From Octopus vulgaris (Eukaryota): a stretch of DNA of 64,000 nt. The position numbers and the translations under genes were made by a program. This document shows, piece after piece, positions 26,911 to 39,335 of the stretch; within the stretch, counting starts at the first letter, position 1, and every line of letters starts with the position of its first letter. The DNA is taken from assembly GCA_951406725.2 (NCBI GenBank), contig OX597827.1:930001-994000 (forward strand), read 5' to 3'. Under the pieces are notes generated by a model. That model saw nothing but the letters and a program-made list of their open reading frames with translations. It made no database searches and was not told the DNA's origin.

Positions 26911-27326
26911 AACAAATTCAAAATGCGATAAAATAAAATTAATTATTATCGCTGGTGTTTCTAGCACAAGCCATATATTTTTCATATATAAGTACATTAA
27001 GGGCGAAGTATGTACTAGACACACAGAAGCTTGATAAATTTAGTGAAATGAAGATAAAAACTTTTACTAACTCTGTTCATCTTAGACTGCAGTTTCGCCT
27101 TTTTCAACAATAAAAATAATATTTATTTACTCGGGTAGGCTCTTCAGTAAGAATCCTGTTATTATGAAGCGCAACTCGATAGACACATGTGCGTCTATTA
27201 ATTTGCTCTATCTAACTAATCAGATCACTGCGCAGACGCAGAACGAACCCGACAAACTAGGGATTTCTGGTATATAGTCTAACGCTCAAAATTTATCGAG
27301 AAATATGTAAACAAATTCAAAATGCG

Positions 27327-27329
<3 letters not shown>
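26909..27329 (-). mobile_element. 399-bp hammerhead-containing unit with a 22-bp terminal direct repeat (retrozyme-like or solo pLTR)
   Basis: TAAACAAATTCAAAATGCGATA at 26909 and 27308; (TA)n flanks; intact hammerhead inside. Confidence 0.7.
27080..27152 (-). ncRNA. type I hammerhead ribozyme, canonical core
   Basis: Minus: TCTTA CTGAAGA GCCT..AGGC GAAA C TGCA G TC TAAGA; stems I and II pair perfectly; GUC cleavage triplet. Confidence 0.85.
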
Positions 27330-27379
<50 letters not shown>

Positions 27380-27596
27380 TGTATGTATGTATGTATGTAT
27401 ATATACATCTTATTTATTTACATCTTATTTACATTGTTAGCGCTTTCTCCCGTAATCGGATGTATAAATCCGATAACGGAAGAAGGCGCTAAAAATGTAA
27501 ATAAAGTGTAAATAAATAAAACACTGTATATAATCATCCAACATTCTGACTACCTTATTACTCTAATACACAGTATCTCTACACATATATATATGT

Positions 27597-27850
27597 GTGG
27601 AGGCGCAATGGCTCAGTGGTTAGGGCAGCGGACTCGCGGTCGTAGGATCGCGGTTTCGACTCCCAGACCGGGCATTGTGATTGTTTATTGAGTGAAAATA
27701 CCTCAAGCTCCACGAAGCTCCGGTATGGGGTGGTGGTGAACCCTGCTGTACTCTTTCACCACAACTTTCTCTCACTGTTTCTTCCTGTTTCTGTTGTACC
27801 TGTATTTCAAAGGGCCAGCAGAGAACTACATTAAGGGTACACTTGCACGT
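27597..27850 (+). mobile_element. tRNA-derived SINE, family C
   Basis: GTGGAGGCGCAATGGCTCAGTGGTTAGGGCAGCGGACTCGCGG...GGTTTCGACTCCC. Confidence 0.85.
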
Positions 27851-27877
27851 TGATAAATGAGCTGCGACGTCACTAGT

Positions 27878-28168
27878 GCCAAGGTTGAAGGGGATGTTTG
27901 TTTTAGTGTGTCTTGGGTGGCATGAATTAAAAAGAAGGTATTGTTTGGCATCTGTGGCTTTGTAAAAAATGTCTGTTTCTATTTTAAGGTTAATTTTTTT
28001 AATTAGTATATCCAAGAACGGGAGCTCCTTTTGGTTGTATTCCATTGTGAACTGTATATTTGGGTTTATGCTGTTCAATAGGTTTTTAAATTTTAGGAGT
28101 TTATCTGTGTTTTCATTCCAGAGAATAAAACAATCGTCTAAGAATCGTTTCCAATTCTCTTTTATGTA
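27878..28168 (-). pseudogene. Penelope-like reverse transcriptase fragment (inverted)
   Basis: WKRFLDDCFILW...INPNIQFTME...LPFLDILI...TDIFYKATDAKQYLLFNSCHPRHTKTNIPFNL is PLE RT motif C to thumb. Confidence 0.9.
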
Positions 28169-28774
28169 TTGAGAGAGGGGGCCTTCACCATCATCACCCA
28201 GAATTTACCAATACTTCATAAAAACCCCAAATTAAAGGAAATTCTAAACATACACCAAATCATTAAAAGCTACAAACAGCCTAAATCACTTAAAAAGATT
28301 CTCACAAAGGCAAAATTGTCTTCTGAAATTACGGATGCAAAAGTAAAAAAATGTGGTAGATCGAACTGTGCAACATGTTCTAACCTGCTAGAAGGATCAG
28401 AATTCCTCTTTAAAGAGGGACAGAAATTCAAGATCAAATCTAACTTTACTTGTGCCTCTGAAAACATAATTTATGTCATAAAATGCTCGGGCTGCCACCA
28501 AGACTACGTGGGTTCCACGGGACTATCACTCAGACGTAGATGCACACTGCATCGACAACAGATTGCATTCCCAGAATATAGAATGATACCTTTTAGTGAG
28601 CACATTGAGAAATGCGCAAAGCAACTACTACCACAATTTTTAATCTTTCCATTTTACCAATGTGCTTTCGGATCATCAACACAAATTAGACTAAACAAGG
28701 AAACATTCTTCATTGAAAAGTACAAGCCCAGACTCAACAATCCGAACATACTGATACAGAGAAATTCACATTAA
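28169..28774 (+). CDS. Penelope-like (Neptune-type) linker, Cys motif and GIY-YIG endonuclease; 5'-truncated
   Basis: KCGRSNCATC...FTCASENIIYVIKCSGCHQDYVGST...RRRCTLH...KETFFIEKYKPRLN; no internal stop. Confidence 0.85.
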   Translation: MREGAFTIITQNLPILHKNPKLKEILNIHQIIKSYKQPKSLKKILTKAKLSSEITDAKVKKCGRSNCATCSNLLEGSEFLFKEGQKFKIKSNFTCASENIIYVIKCSGCHQDYVGSTGLSLRRRCTLHRQQIAFPEYRMIPFSEHIEKCAKQLLPQFLIFPFYQCAFGSSTQIRLNKETFFIEKYKPRLNNPNILIQRNSH

Positions 28775-29077
28775 GGGAAAGGAAAAAGTTTTTTAAGCGA
28801 TTATCTCCCTTACACCGGAAGAAATCACCCACTACCTCCCCTTATTTAGAACTCTCCGGAACATAAACACAACGATAACTCTATTCAACATAAACATAAC
28901 GTCACAACGGTCTTTCTTTTAAATTATGTCATTATAAGAGAAAAAAATTTTCTAATATTCTTCAGACATATTGACGCAAATATATATATTTTTTAACATT
29001 TAAGCCTTCTGTCGTTTTTTCACTCTTTACTATTTTCTATATATTCACCCACGTGCTTTCACAAACCAACTTTCTTA

Positions 29078-29128
<51 letters not shown>

Positions 29129-29221
29129 GTATGTATGTGTATATATGAAGATATGTTTATATATGTATATGGGTATATATGAATATATGAATTTATATAC
29201 ACATATTCATTTATAGATTCG

Positions 29222-29256
<35 letters not shown>

Positions 29257-29494
29257 ACAATAAACGTATATAGACAGCACAGAGAAATTATTACAAGACA
29301 CTGAGAGAGTGAAAGGGAAAGAAAGGGAGAGGGGGAGAGAGAGATAGTTTGCGAAAGAATATGCATGCGTTCAAGACACATATACACACCACCGCGCGTG
29401 CACACGTTGCGTAAAATATCTTCAATATAATAGAATAATAGCAAAAATAAAAATAAAATAAGAAAAAATGCAAACCAAAACATTGTACTTATAC

Positions 29495-29560
<66 letters not shown>

Positions 29561-29766
29561 TATAATCAGAAGAAGAAGCAGTAATCACTAATTTAATAGT
29601 GATGGCTTCTAATAATCGAGAAATATCACTGTTAGGCATTAAACACGCATTTCACAAGACGCCAGCGTGATGATGATGAGGATGATGATGATGTAATCAC
29701 AACAACAACACAATTTGTATCTTTATGTGTGTGTGTGTGTGTAATATATATACATATGCACATACA

Positions 29767-29870
<104 letters not shown>

Positions 29871-30214
29871 TATACACACATAAATGCATATGTACACACA
29901 CACACACACATATATATATGCATATATACATATATGAGTGTAAACATAGACAATACGAGAATATAATGTGATGCCGGAGATAAAATACCAAATACAAAGT
30001 AATATACTGACGAAATAACAACAAAAACAAGCGACAAAACAACAAACTAATTGAAACAATAGTTTGAATGTTTAGTATTGGCAAAAAATATACAAAAATC
30101 CACAAATAACTCTGTTCTTGGATTGCCTGACGACATTTAAAAAGAATAAAGAAAAACGAGGCTTAAACAAAACACGCATCCTACGTAAATCAGTTTGTTT
30201 ACCATATTCTTGGA

Positions 30215-30410
30215 GTCTTCTACTTGTTTCAGTAATTGGACTGCGGCCATACTGTAGCATCACCTTGAAGGGTTTTGTTTTTAGTTGATTTTTAAGTCCC
30301 TTGTATGTATTTTGTGTTTGGTTCTTATTTACTTGATCTGTCTCTTCTTTGGTAAAGTTACTGGCTTAGACAGAAAGATGTAAACAAATCAATGTCGGTT
30401 TTCAAGCGGG
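30215..30410 (-). mobile_element. SINE family B 3' module (diverged)
   Basis: CTTGTTTCAGTAATTGGACTGCGGCCATACTG. Confidence 0.65.
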
Positions 30411-30480
30411 AGGGAGAGGAATAATATATACATGTATTCACATAGGTAATATATAGGCATATATGTAATATATGTAATAC

Positions 30481-30520
<40 letters not shown>

Positions 30521-30530
<10 letters not shown>

Positions 30531-30755
30531 GAAATGAGGTAATCAGAAGATCGGATGGTTCATATTTACAGATATTTATTTATATATTACATTTTTTACA
30601 TATATACATCATATCATTCAGATCAATGTTCTGAATGATATGATATATATATGTAAAAAATGTAATATATAAATAAATATCTATAAATATGAACCATCCG
30701 ATCTGATTACCTCATTTTTTCTAATATATAATACCTGTACATCATCTCCAAACCT

Positions 30756-30760
<5 letters not shown>
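30521..30760. mobile_element. fold-back unit in (TA)n: arms of about 100 bp plus an unpaired tail of about 30 nt
   Basis: 30521-30622 is the near-perfect reverse complement of 30630-30730. Confidence 0.75.
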
Positions 30761-30799
<39 letters not shown>

Positions 30800-30801
30800 T
30801 A

Positions 30802-31083
30802 TGCGCCCTTTCCGAACCTAGCCAGGCTCGTGGGCCCTGTTTCCGGGTTTCTGTGGCGTATGTGTTCCCCCCAGCTGGACGGGACGCCAGTCCATTGCAG
30901 TGTTACTTAAGAAACAGGAAGAAAGAGTGAGAGAAAGTTGGGGCGAAAGAGTACAACAGGGGTCCCCCCCTCCACGCCGGAGCCTCGTGGTGCTTTAGGT
31001 ATTTTCGCTCAACAAACACACAACGCCCGGTCTGGGAATCGAAACCGTGATCCTCCGACCGCGAGTCCGCTGCCCTAACCACT
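30802..31083 (-). mobile_element. tRNA-derived SINE, family C
   Basis: Similarity to 22723-23018 and 27597-27850. Confidence 0.85.
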
Positions 31084-31143
31084 GATAGATAGCTACACGA
31101 ACACACACATATATTTATATGCATATATGTGTGTATATGTATG

Positions 31144-31191
<48 letters not shown>

Positions 31192-31201
31192 AATATATAC
31201 G

Positions 31202-31244
<43 letters not shown>

Positions 31245-31769
31245 TATCATAGACAACTTCGAGATTACGTGAAATAAATAATTCGTTTTTGCTAGGGTCA
31301 ACCTCGAAGCTGATAAGGCTACAAATAATAGAATGTAAATATTTGGTTAAAAAACCTTGGACAGAAAAGGTAGAAGGCTGCCCCCGAGCTCGAATCCACA
31401 TCTTACGCTATATTTGCTATAGCTTTATCTACTTCGAGTTTCACCGTTCCAGTATATATATATTACGATAATTTCCACGACCTAGTGATTCCCTGGCGAA
31501 AATCAGTCAATGTTTTGACTACATTTTAGTTAAAGCTTTAGCTTTATAAGGTCTGTCCAGATTTGCATCTCTTACGCATTTCCCATTGATAACGGCTAAG
31601 AAGCCTGAAACATCGATGTCTAGGAATCCTGTCAGATGGCGATACTGAACAGATATGGCATTTTTACACCATTTTACCATAAAGGAAAATCTTCTCCACG
31701 GTAGTTGCAGTGAATTTGTCTTTTCGAAATCAAAATATGTTACAAACATATTTTGACTAACCTAAACTT

Positions 31770-31808
<39 letters not shown>

Positions 31809-31945
31809 GTGTGTGTGTGTGAAGAGATAGAGAGGGAGAGAAAGAGGAGGGGTAGGATGAGGATAGACATGCTGAGTGAGAGACAAACAGATAATTAGAT
31901 AGATAAATAGATAGACAGGTAGATAGATAGATAGATAGATAGATA

Positions 31946-32015
<70 letters not shown>

Positions 32016-32586
32016 TAAGCCGCAAGCTTCAACCTGCTGCTGCCCATCAGAAGGTATCTAAAAAAAAGAATCAATCATTTCACTGCAGCAGTTGTCAAAT
32101 GTTGTTTCTTATGTTGTTTCTTAATGCTGCCTCTACCTGAAAATTGCTGTAAAACATGAAGGTTCTTTAATATTGTGCTTTGTGAAAGTGAAAAATTGTA
32201 AAAGTACGAAAATCCACACCCCAGAGTATCGCGACGAATGTCGTCACTCTTTTCCTTTACTAACCTCCATAAATATGAACCTCGTCCTAGTTCCTATAAG
32301 TGCGCGACCCTAAGTCTCTTAAAGAAACTTCAGACCAATGACCCACAATGCTGGTCGGCATCGACTTTTCTTTCCAAGTGTCAGATTGTAAGTTCACTGG
32401 TTTCTCTTCGTTCATGCGTATTTCTGATACCATGTTGTGTTCTTATGGTGGTGATCACCTCGGTTTCCGTGGTGAACAAAGCTATCCCTATGACGTGGTC
32501 AGCGCATAGCGACACGGTCCTCCTCTTATTATTGCTCCAGAAAAGCCTCATACATACATACATACATACATACATACATACATACA

Positions 32587-32672
<86 letters not shown>

Positions 32673-33797
32673 CATACATACATTTTGGAAAATCGACTCC
32701 TGATATCGATTTATAAAAAGAAAACATAAAATGTGTTTAAACTATGAAAGGATCTTTTGTTCTGAATGTTGTGAATCACCTGTATTGAAAAAGATATATC
32801 CTAATCAGTATGAAGTTATTCAATTTTTTTATTAAAAATTGTAAAATGCTGGAATGAAATATCATACTTTTAAGAAAAGTAAACATCAGACCGTCTAAAA
32901 CTATTTATAGACGCGTGTTATATGAGAGAGCAAAAAATTTTGTAAATTCTGAGTTCATTAGCATCCAGATATGTTGAGAAAATGAAGTGGTGATGTGCGT
33001 TTCTGAATACCCAAATAAATATGTTGCAAGAATTTACTTTTAAAAGTGTTTGCAGTAAGTCCAATATAGGTTTTTGTTTCATGGACCTTTATCTGTAAGA
33101 AATCTTTGTCTTATGTACTAATGCACATTCTGTTGAGGACTCAAATAATAACATTATTATGGATGTCGACATTGACGAGTGGTTGAGAAGTTTGCTCGGC
33201 AATCACAGTCCTGTCTTGTATACAAGTATTTGGTATCTTAAGCAAGTGACATTTACTACACCTCTGATTCGACCTAAGCCTTGCGAATCCCATTAAGAAG
33301 ACGAGAAATGTGTGAAAGCCCCTCGAATAGTTTTTGTTTATGAAGCCCTATCGCATTCTATTACATTAAAAGTACACGTCTGTGAAACTAAAAGTACAGT
33401 TGTTTGATCTTACACGTTAATTTAACGAACTGAACCCGCATCTTCGAAACCGACGGAGATCCCATTATGACCATAGTTAGAATTATTAGAATTACATAGC
33501 GGGGAAGAATTTTGTGTTGATGTTAGTAAGATACCTTTTGTATTTATAGAAGCTGGGAAATATCTAGTACAACTGATCAAAGATAAGGGAACCTAAGGCT
33601 AAACAACACCAATCGCATCAACCTCACAAGTCCAGAATAGCCTATAGAGGATTTTGACCACTCACTCCATCCGGCGAGAAGGGCTTTCCTTTGATAATGA
33701 TTCTAAAATAACATTGAACAGGAAATACACACGGACATACTAAACTTCATACAAAATTACACACACATTCATATAAACATAGTAATACATAACATAC

Positions 33798-33828
<31 letters not shown>

Positions 33829-34189
33829 TGTATGTATGTATGTATGTATGTATGTATGTATGTATGTATGTATGCATGTATGTATGTATGTATACATGTA
33901 TGTATGTATAAACACACCTACACATAAGCACACATGTACTACCTCCCAACACCATACTTAATCAATTGGACTTCATTAAAACTCCTGACCAACTTAATTA
34001 CTCTTGGATATAAACAAATGGACAGACACGTACCACTCACACACACGCACGCGCGCGCGCGAAAACACACACATATACGCATACACTCTTACACACTCAC
34101 ATCTGCATATTTGCACAAGACACCCACATACAGTTCTGCGCATATTTGTACACGGTGTACACTCGCCCACAAATACACTCGCAAATAAC

Positions 34190-34191
34190 TG

Positions 34192-34237
<46 letters not shown>

Positions 34238-34475
34238 ATACCACTAATATTACTACTACTACTACTACCACCACCACCACCACCACCACCATTACCACTA
34301 TCACTGCTGCTGCTACAACTACTGGTGGAAGTAGGGTCACCACTACCACCACCACCACCACCACCACCATCACTACTACTACTACTACTACTACCACCTC
34401 CACCACCACTACCACTGTTGCTGCTACGACTACTGGTGGAAGTAGGGTCATCCACCACCACCACTACTACTACTA
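34190..34475. repeat. (CTA)n/(CAC)n tract with an internal duplication of about 119 bp
   Basis: CTACTGGTGGAAGTAGGGTCA occurs twice. Confidence 0.8.
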
Positions 34476-34916
34476 CTCGAACTCACACATACATTTATAT
34501 AAATATACACACACACACACACCGGTACATGCACATACACAATATGCAGTGGCTCACACACACAGGCATAAATACAAACAAATGAAACACACACACACAA
34601 GCATATAACAGGCAAGTATATAGATGCACATCCACACTTCTGCACGTAGCTTCCACACACTCACACAGATACACAGAAGCGTGCTTTATACTCAGACATA
34701 CACAGATACAAGCATAGCTGTTCCAGCAAATACACGCGCACACACTCACACACACATGCACATACCTTCACATATACACACATAGACACACAGCTGCATA
34801 CCTATACGCTCGTACAAACACAACTTAACATATACATACATACATACATACATACATACATACATACATACATACATACATACATACATACATACATACA
34901 TACATACATACATACA

Positions 34917-34950
<34 letters not shown>

Positions 34951-35329
34951 ACTAACTGCGTACACATACAGCTACGCATATACATATACTCAGCTACACA
35001 TAGCATACATGCACAGCTGCCCAAACACGCATAGACGCGCACACACATTGTCACACACATACACACGTATGCACCTACACCCATGCACACGCTCTCACAC
35101 ACACACACGCACGCTGGCACACATACACCGTTGTTAGTTTTGTGTTCTTTAATTGGGTTTGTCCAGGACGTGCATTTGTTGTGCGAGAATGATTTTGCAT
35201 ATAAAGTCGGAATCACAACTGAAAGATGTTGGCCAAAGACAATTAACCTATTGAGAAGCCGACGACCTCTATATGGTCATTGGGCTTGAGAGAAATAGCA
35301 GCCAAATTTCCCTCAAATGATAGCATTTT

Positions 35330-35740
35330 TATCTTTGTACTTCTTTCCGTCATTGAGATGCGGCCATACTGGAGCACGGACCTGGAGGATTTTAGTCCAA
35401 CAAATTGACTCCAGTTCTTATTTTCTTTTTCAAGTCTGGTATTTTTTCAGACTGTTTTGGCCAACGCAAACTTACGAGGAAGTAAACAGACCAGCGTCGG
35501 TTGTCAAATGATGGGAGCCAGGTACAAAGACACACACATTCATGTGCACGCCCGCATACACACATATGTATATACGTCAGGCTTCTTTCAGTTTCCGTCT
35601 ATCAAGTCCACTCACCCACGACTTTGTTCATCTCGGGGCTATAGTAGAAGATACTTGCCCTAAGTACCACGCAGTGGGACTGAACCTGGAACTATGTAAC
35701 TGGGAAGCAAACTTCTTATCACAGAGCCAAGCCGGCCCCT
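35330..35740 (-). mobile_element. SINE family B
   Basis: Reverse-complement similarity to 14035-14485. Confidence 0.8.
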
Positions 35741-35750
35741 ATAAGTGCAC

Positions 35751-35856
35751 TGCTTACAGCACCTTAGTTTACGAAGTGGTCACCAATAAACGTACTTACT
35801 AGGCTCGACGTTGCTTAACTTCGGTGATAGGATGAGAACGTGATATGGTCGTAAGA
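35751..35856 (-). pseudogene. 5S rRNA pseudogene
   Basis: Minus: CTTACGACCATATCACGTT..TCACCGAAGTTAAGCAACGTCGAGCCTAG..GGTGCTGTAAGCA; internal deletion of about 13 nt and a mutated internal control region. Confidence 0.85.
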
Positions 35857-35857
35857 A

Positions 35858-36266
35858 TACTCTTTTACTCTCTCTTTTACTCTTTTACTTGTTTCAGTCA
35901 TTTGACTGTGGCCATGCTGGAGCACCACCTTTAGTCGAGCAAATCGATCCCAGGAGTTATTCTTTGTACGCCTAGTACTTATTCTATCGGTCTCTTTTGC
36001 CGAACCGCTAAGTTATGGGGACGCAAAGACACCAGCATCAGTTTTCAAGCGATGTTGGGGGGACAAACACAAACACAAACACACACATATATATATACAT
36101 ATACGACAGGCTTCTTTCAGTTTCCGTCTACCAAATCCAGTCACAAGGCTTTGGTCCGCCCGAGGCTATAGTAGAAGGCATTTGCCCAAGGTGCCACGCA
36201 CTGGAACTGAACCCGGAATCACGTGGATGGAAAGCAGGCTACTTACCATACAGCCACTCCGGCGTC
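35858..36266 (-). mobile_element. SINE family B, full length
   Basis: Reverse-complement similarity to 14035-14485. Confidence 0.85.
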
Positions 36267-36847
36267 TAAGTATTTTTTTGTCGAATATTCGCATGATGGC
36301 TGAATTAAAAGAAACTCTCATTATTGAGACAGAGAAAGTAATTAAACAAATCTAATTGTCTTCAATGGACCATTTTACTAACGATAGTTCTTCTTTCAAA
36401 ATGGCGAACAAAATTGCTCTTTAATATTTAAAGATCTTCTCAAAGCGATTATTGAAGACATCAAAGGAACATAGCTGTTCTCTCTTTGTCTTTCTACCCC
36501 CCCCCCTTCCTCCTCCCCTCTCTCTCTCTTTCTCCTTTTCACTCTTCCTCACTATGACAAAGATTTAAATTTTTTACACCTTTCGGTCATTGAACTGCGG
36601 CTGTGCCGGAGCACTGCATTCGCGTGTATTTGTGTGTGTGTGTGTGTGTGTGTGCGCGTTTAAGTATGTGTGTGTACGTATGTATGCCTGTATGTGTATG
36701 CCTAATAACAGTTCTCTTTTCTGTATGAATAATGATGGATTCTTTGTATATATGTATGTGCGTGTGTGTGCGTACACACTCACACACACATAATGTTGAC
36801 TGGCGGATAGAAGAGAACTCGATACCATATTAGAAATTGATAATATT

Positions 36848-37000
36848 GTCTTCAAATTTCAGCACAAGACCTGCAATTTTGAGGAAGGGCGGTTATCGAT
36901 TACATCGAAGCCAGTGTTTAACTGGTACTTATTTTATTGACCTTGCGAAGCAGAGTTGACCTAAGCGGAATTTGAACTCAGAACGTAAAGCCAGACGAGT
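36848..37000 (-). mobile_element. tRNA-derived SINE, family A (partial)
   Basis: GCGGAATTTGAACTCAGAACGTAAAG. Confidence 0.75.
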
Positions 37001-37084
37001 AGAGATTAATAATAATTGTAATTTGTCTGAAGATCGAGTGCGTACACTCACAGGTGGAACACAGAGTACCAGGATACTGACTCG

Positions 37085-38090
37085 ACCAAAATAAAAGCTT
37101 CCTTCCTCTACTTTTGAAGCTCTGTTCAAAATGATGGAAATCTTGATACAGAAATACAGCTGCGAATTCAAAGGGCAGCAAAAGCATTTGGTGCCTTGGA
37201 GTAACGCGTTTGGTGCCAGCAACATATAAATAAGAATAGAAAGCTGGCTCTTTCCAAATCGTTTGTCTTACCATCCCTGTTATATTCCTGTGAAACATGG
37301 ACTTGTTATGAAAGGCATTTGAAATTATTAGAACAATTCCACCAAAAATGCCTTCTTTTACTCCAAACACAAACGTCCTTGTGTCTGCAGACATCTCCTC
37401 AATTAAAGCTATGATTCTGAGGAACCAAATGAAATGGTGTGGCCATATTGTCCGCATGCCGAAACAGCTGTTTTACGGTGAGCTTGCAGAGGGGGAACGC
37501 TACTGGCATAAACCTAAAAAAAAGTTTAAGGACGGCATATGGACTACTATGGAGTCACTTGGAATGGATCCAGAAGACAGAAACTATTGCTTCGGATCGA
37601 GTTGGGTGGCGAACAAAAGTGTGGAGCGGACTGAAAGCGTTTGAAGAGGCCAGGATAACGCATTTAAGACTCAAAAGAGATCTAAGGAAGAATGTAACAA
37701 TCGAGAAGATCAATGACAATGACCTTTTTGTGTGCACAAGTCTGTAGCAGACCATGTCTGTCTTTTGCTGGCCTCAAATCTCATCTGCAACGTATGGAAA
37801 ACGACCTCCACCAACTATTCTGCCTATATGTCTGTGCACACCTTCGAATGCAGTGTATGCCAGAAGGTTTGCAAATCCAACGGAGGCCTCAAAAGACATT
37901 TTAGGATCCACAAAGAGCAGAACTTATCTGCAGCTCTTGGTGGTCCGAATTGGATATGCAATCTATGTGGGTGTCTTTTCAGAACATTGTCTGGTTTAAA
38001 AAGCCACATCAGATGCCATGATGGTTCTAAGGTATAGGTACAAGAGGTGGTCAAAATCTGAAATGTAATGTAAAGGAGTAGACAACCAGC
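37085..38090 (+). mobile_element. RTE-clade LINE 3' portion with three C-terminal C2H2 zinc fingers
   Basis: DTEIQLRIQRAAKAFG...LPSLLYSCETWT...KWCGHIVRMPKQLFYGEL, then CSRPCLSFAGLKSH, CSVCQKVCKSNGGLKRHFRIH, CNLCGCLFRTLSGLKSHIRCH; frameshifted; ends in (CA)n. Confidence 0.85.
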
Positions 38091-38137
38091 ACACACACAC
38101 ACACACACATATCTGTATATATCTCTTTATATATATT

Positions 38138-38197
<60 letters not shown>

Positions 38198-38204
<7 letters not shown>

Positions 38205-38539
38205 GTATAGATAAATTTGTTTGAAATTTTTACCGGCATCCTCTCTGTCACCGGGTATAATTTGCGTCTGCGCAGTGGTTTGAAAAGTTAGGATTTACAA
38301 ACCGTTAGATCTACATATGGATCTAGCAGTCTGTACGTTAGAATTATGAAGGCTGCCCCACTGAAGAAACTGGCCTTCAGCAAATATTTTTTTGCTGGAA
38401 ATAGTTAGAAACCGTCGGTCTGGGATATATTTGAGATGGTAAATGTTTTTAATTTTCATTCCTTTCGTGAATTTATCTCTTTTTTGTGTTCTAGCACAAC
38501 GCTTTCCTATTTGGAAGCCTCTTATTGTATATCTGTATA
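38198..38539 (+). mobile_element. hammerhead-containing unit of about 330 bp in (TA)n
   Basis: Short TATATCTGTATA redundancy at 38198 and 38528; shares upstream motifs with 26909-27329. Confidence 0.6.
38357..38424 (+). ncRNA. type I hammerhead ribozyme motif
   Basis: CCCA CTGAAGA AACT..AGTT a GAAA CCGTCG GTC TGGG; stem I CCCA/TGGG. Confidence 0.75.
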
Positions 38540-38675
38540 TCTAGATGCACATATAAACATACAAATGTGTATATATATGCGTATGCATATATATTTATAT
38601 GTATGTATATATCTGTATATATGTATATACGTATATATGTATATATATATATATATATATATGTATATACATACA

Positions 38676-38745
<70 letters not shown>

Positions 38746-39335
38746 CATATGTATATGTATGTATGTATCTCTGTATGTATGTGTATGTATGCATATGTAT
38801 ATATATAAATGTATATATATTATGTGGGTAATAAGCAACGTGCGTTTAAAAGCTCCTATTCGGTTATCGGCTACATTATGCCATCATACAGCTGGGTTAT
38901 TCCTTATGCTGGAGTTACTTGTGGAATTCCGTTAATGTATGCATAATTTATATAAAAATTTATAAACCAAGAAGATGGAACAGAATTTAATTACAAATGA
39001 CAACAATTGTTTCTGCGAAGTGGTAGCAGTTGTTAGTTGCTGAGTTTTTCATTCATACTGTTACATATATTATTTTGCAAATAATTACATTAATAAATAT
39101 GGTTCACCAACAGCTGTGTACCGGAACGGCCTCGGATGAGTTGCTTCTGAAATACTTCTGAAGTGTTAAAACAATATAAGATTTGTCTTGGCGTAAGTTT
39201 ATCTTACACATTTCAAGTAATGGATCCCAAAGTGCTCCAGTTTCCATAGTTCCACCGGTGTATTGGCAATTTCAATAGGACTTCACACAATATTTTGAAT
39301 TCTTCTTTGCTAAAGTCATCTGTATATACAGTTAA

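Larger units (their letters stand above)
26846..27585. mobile_element. fold-back PLE-type remnant interrupted by a nested insertion
   Basis: Left arm split into 26846-26882 and about 27400-27456; together they are the reverse complement of about 27464-27565. Confidence 0.7.
27878..29080 (+). mobile_element. truncated Penelope-like element with a 5' inversion
   Basis: Inverted RT abuts the sense endonuclease ORF; 3' UTR ends in (TA)n. Confidence 0.85.

Noticed and set aside
27597-27670. SINE heads as genuine tRNA genes
   Set aside because: They continue into SINE bodies and lack a clean cloverleaf and terminator
37732-38037. C2H2 ORF as a host zinc-finger gene
   Set aside because: Contiguous with a frameshifted RTE ORF, lacks TGEKP linkers and ends at a LINE-type tail
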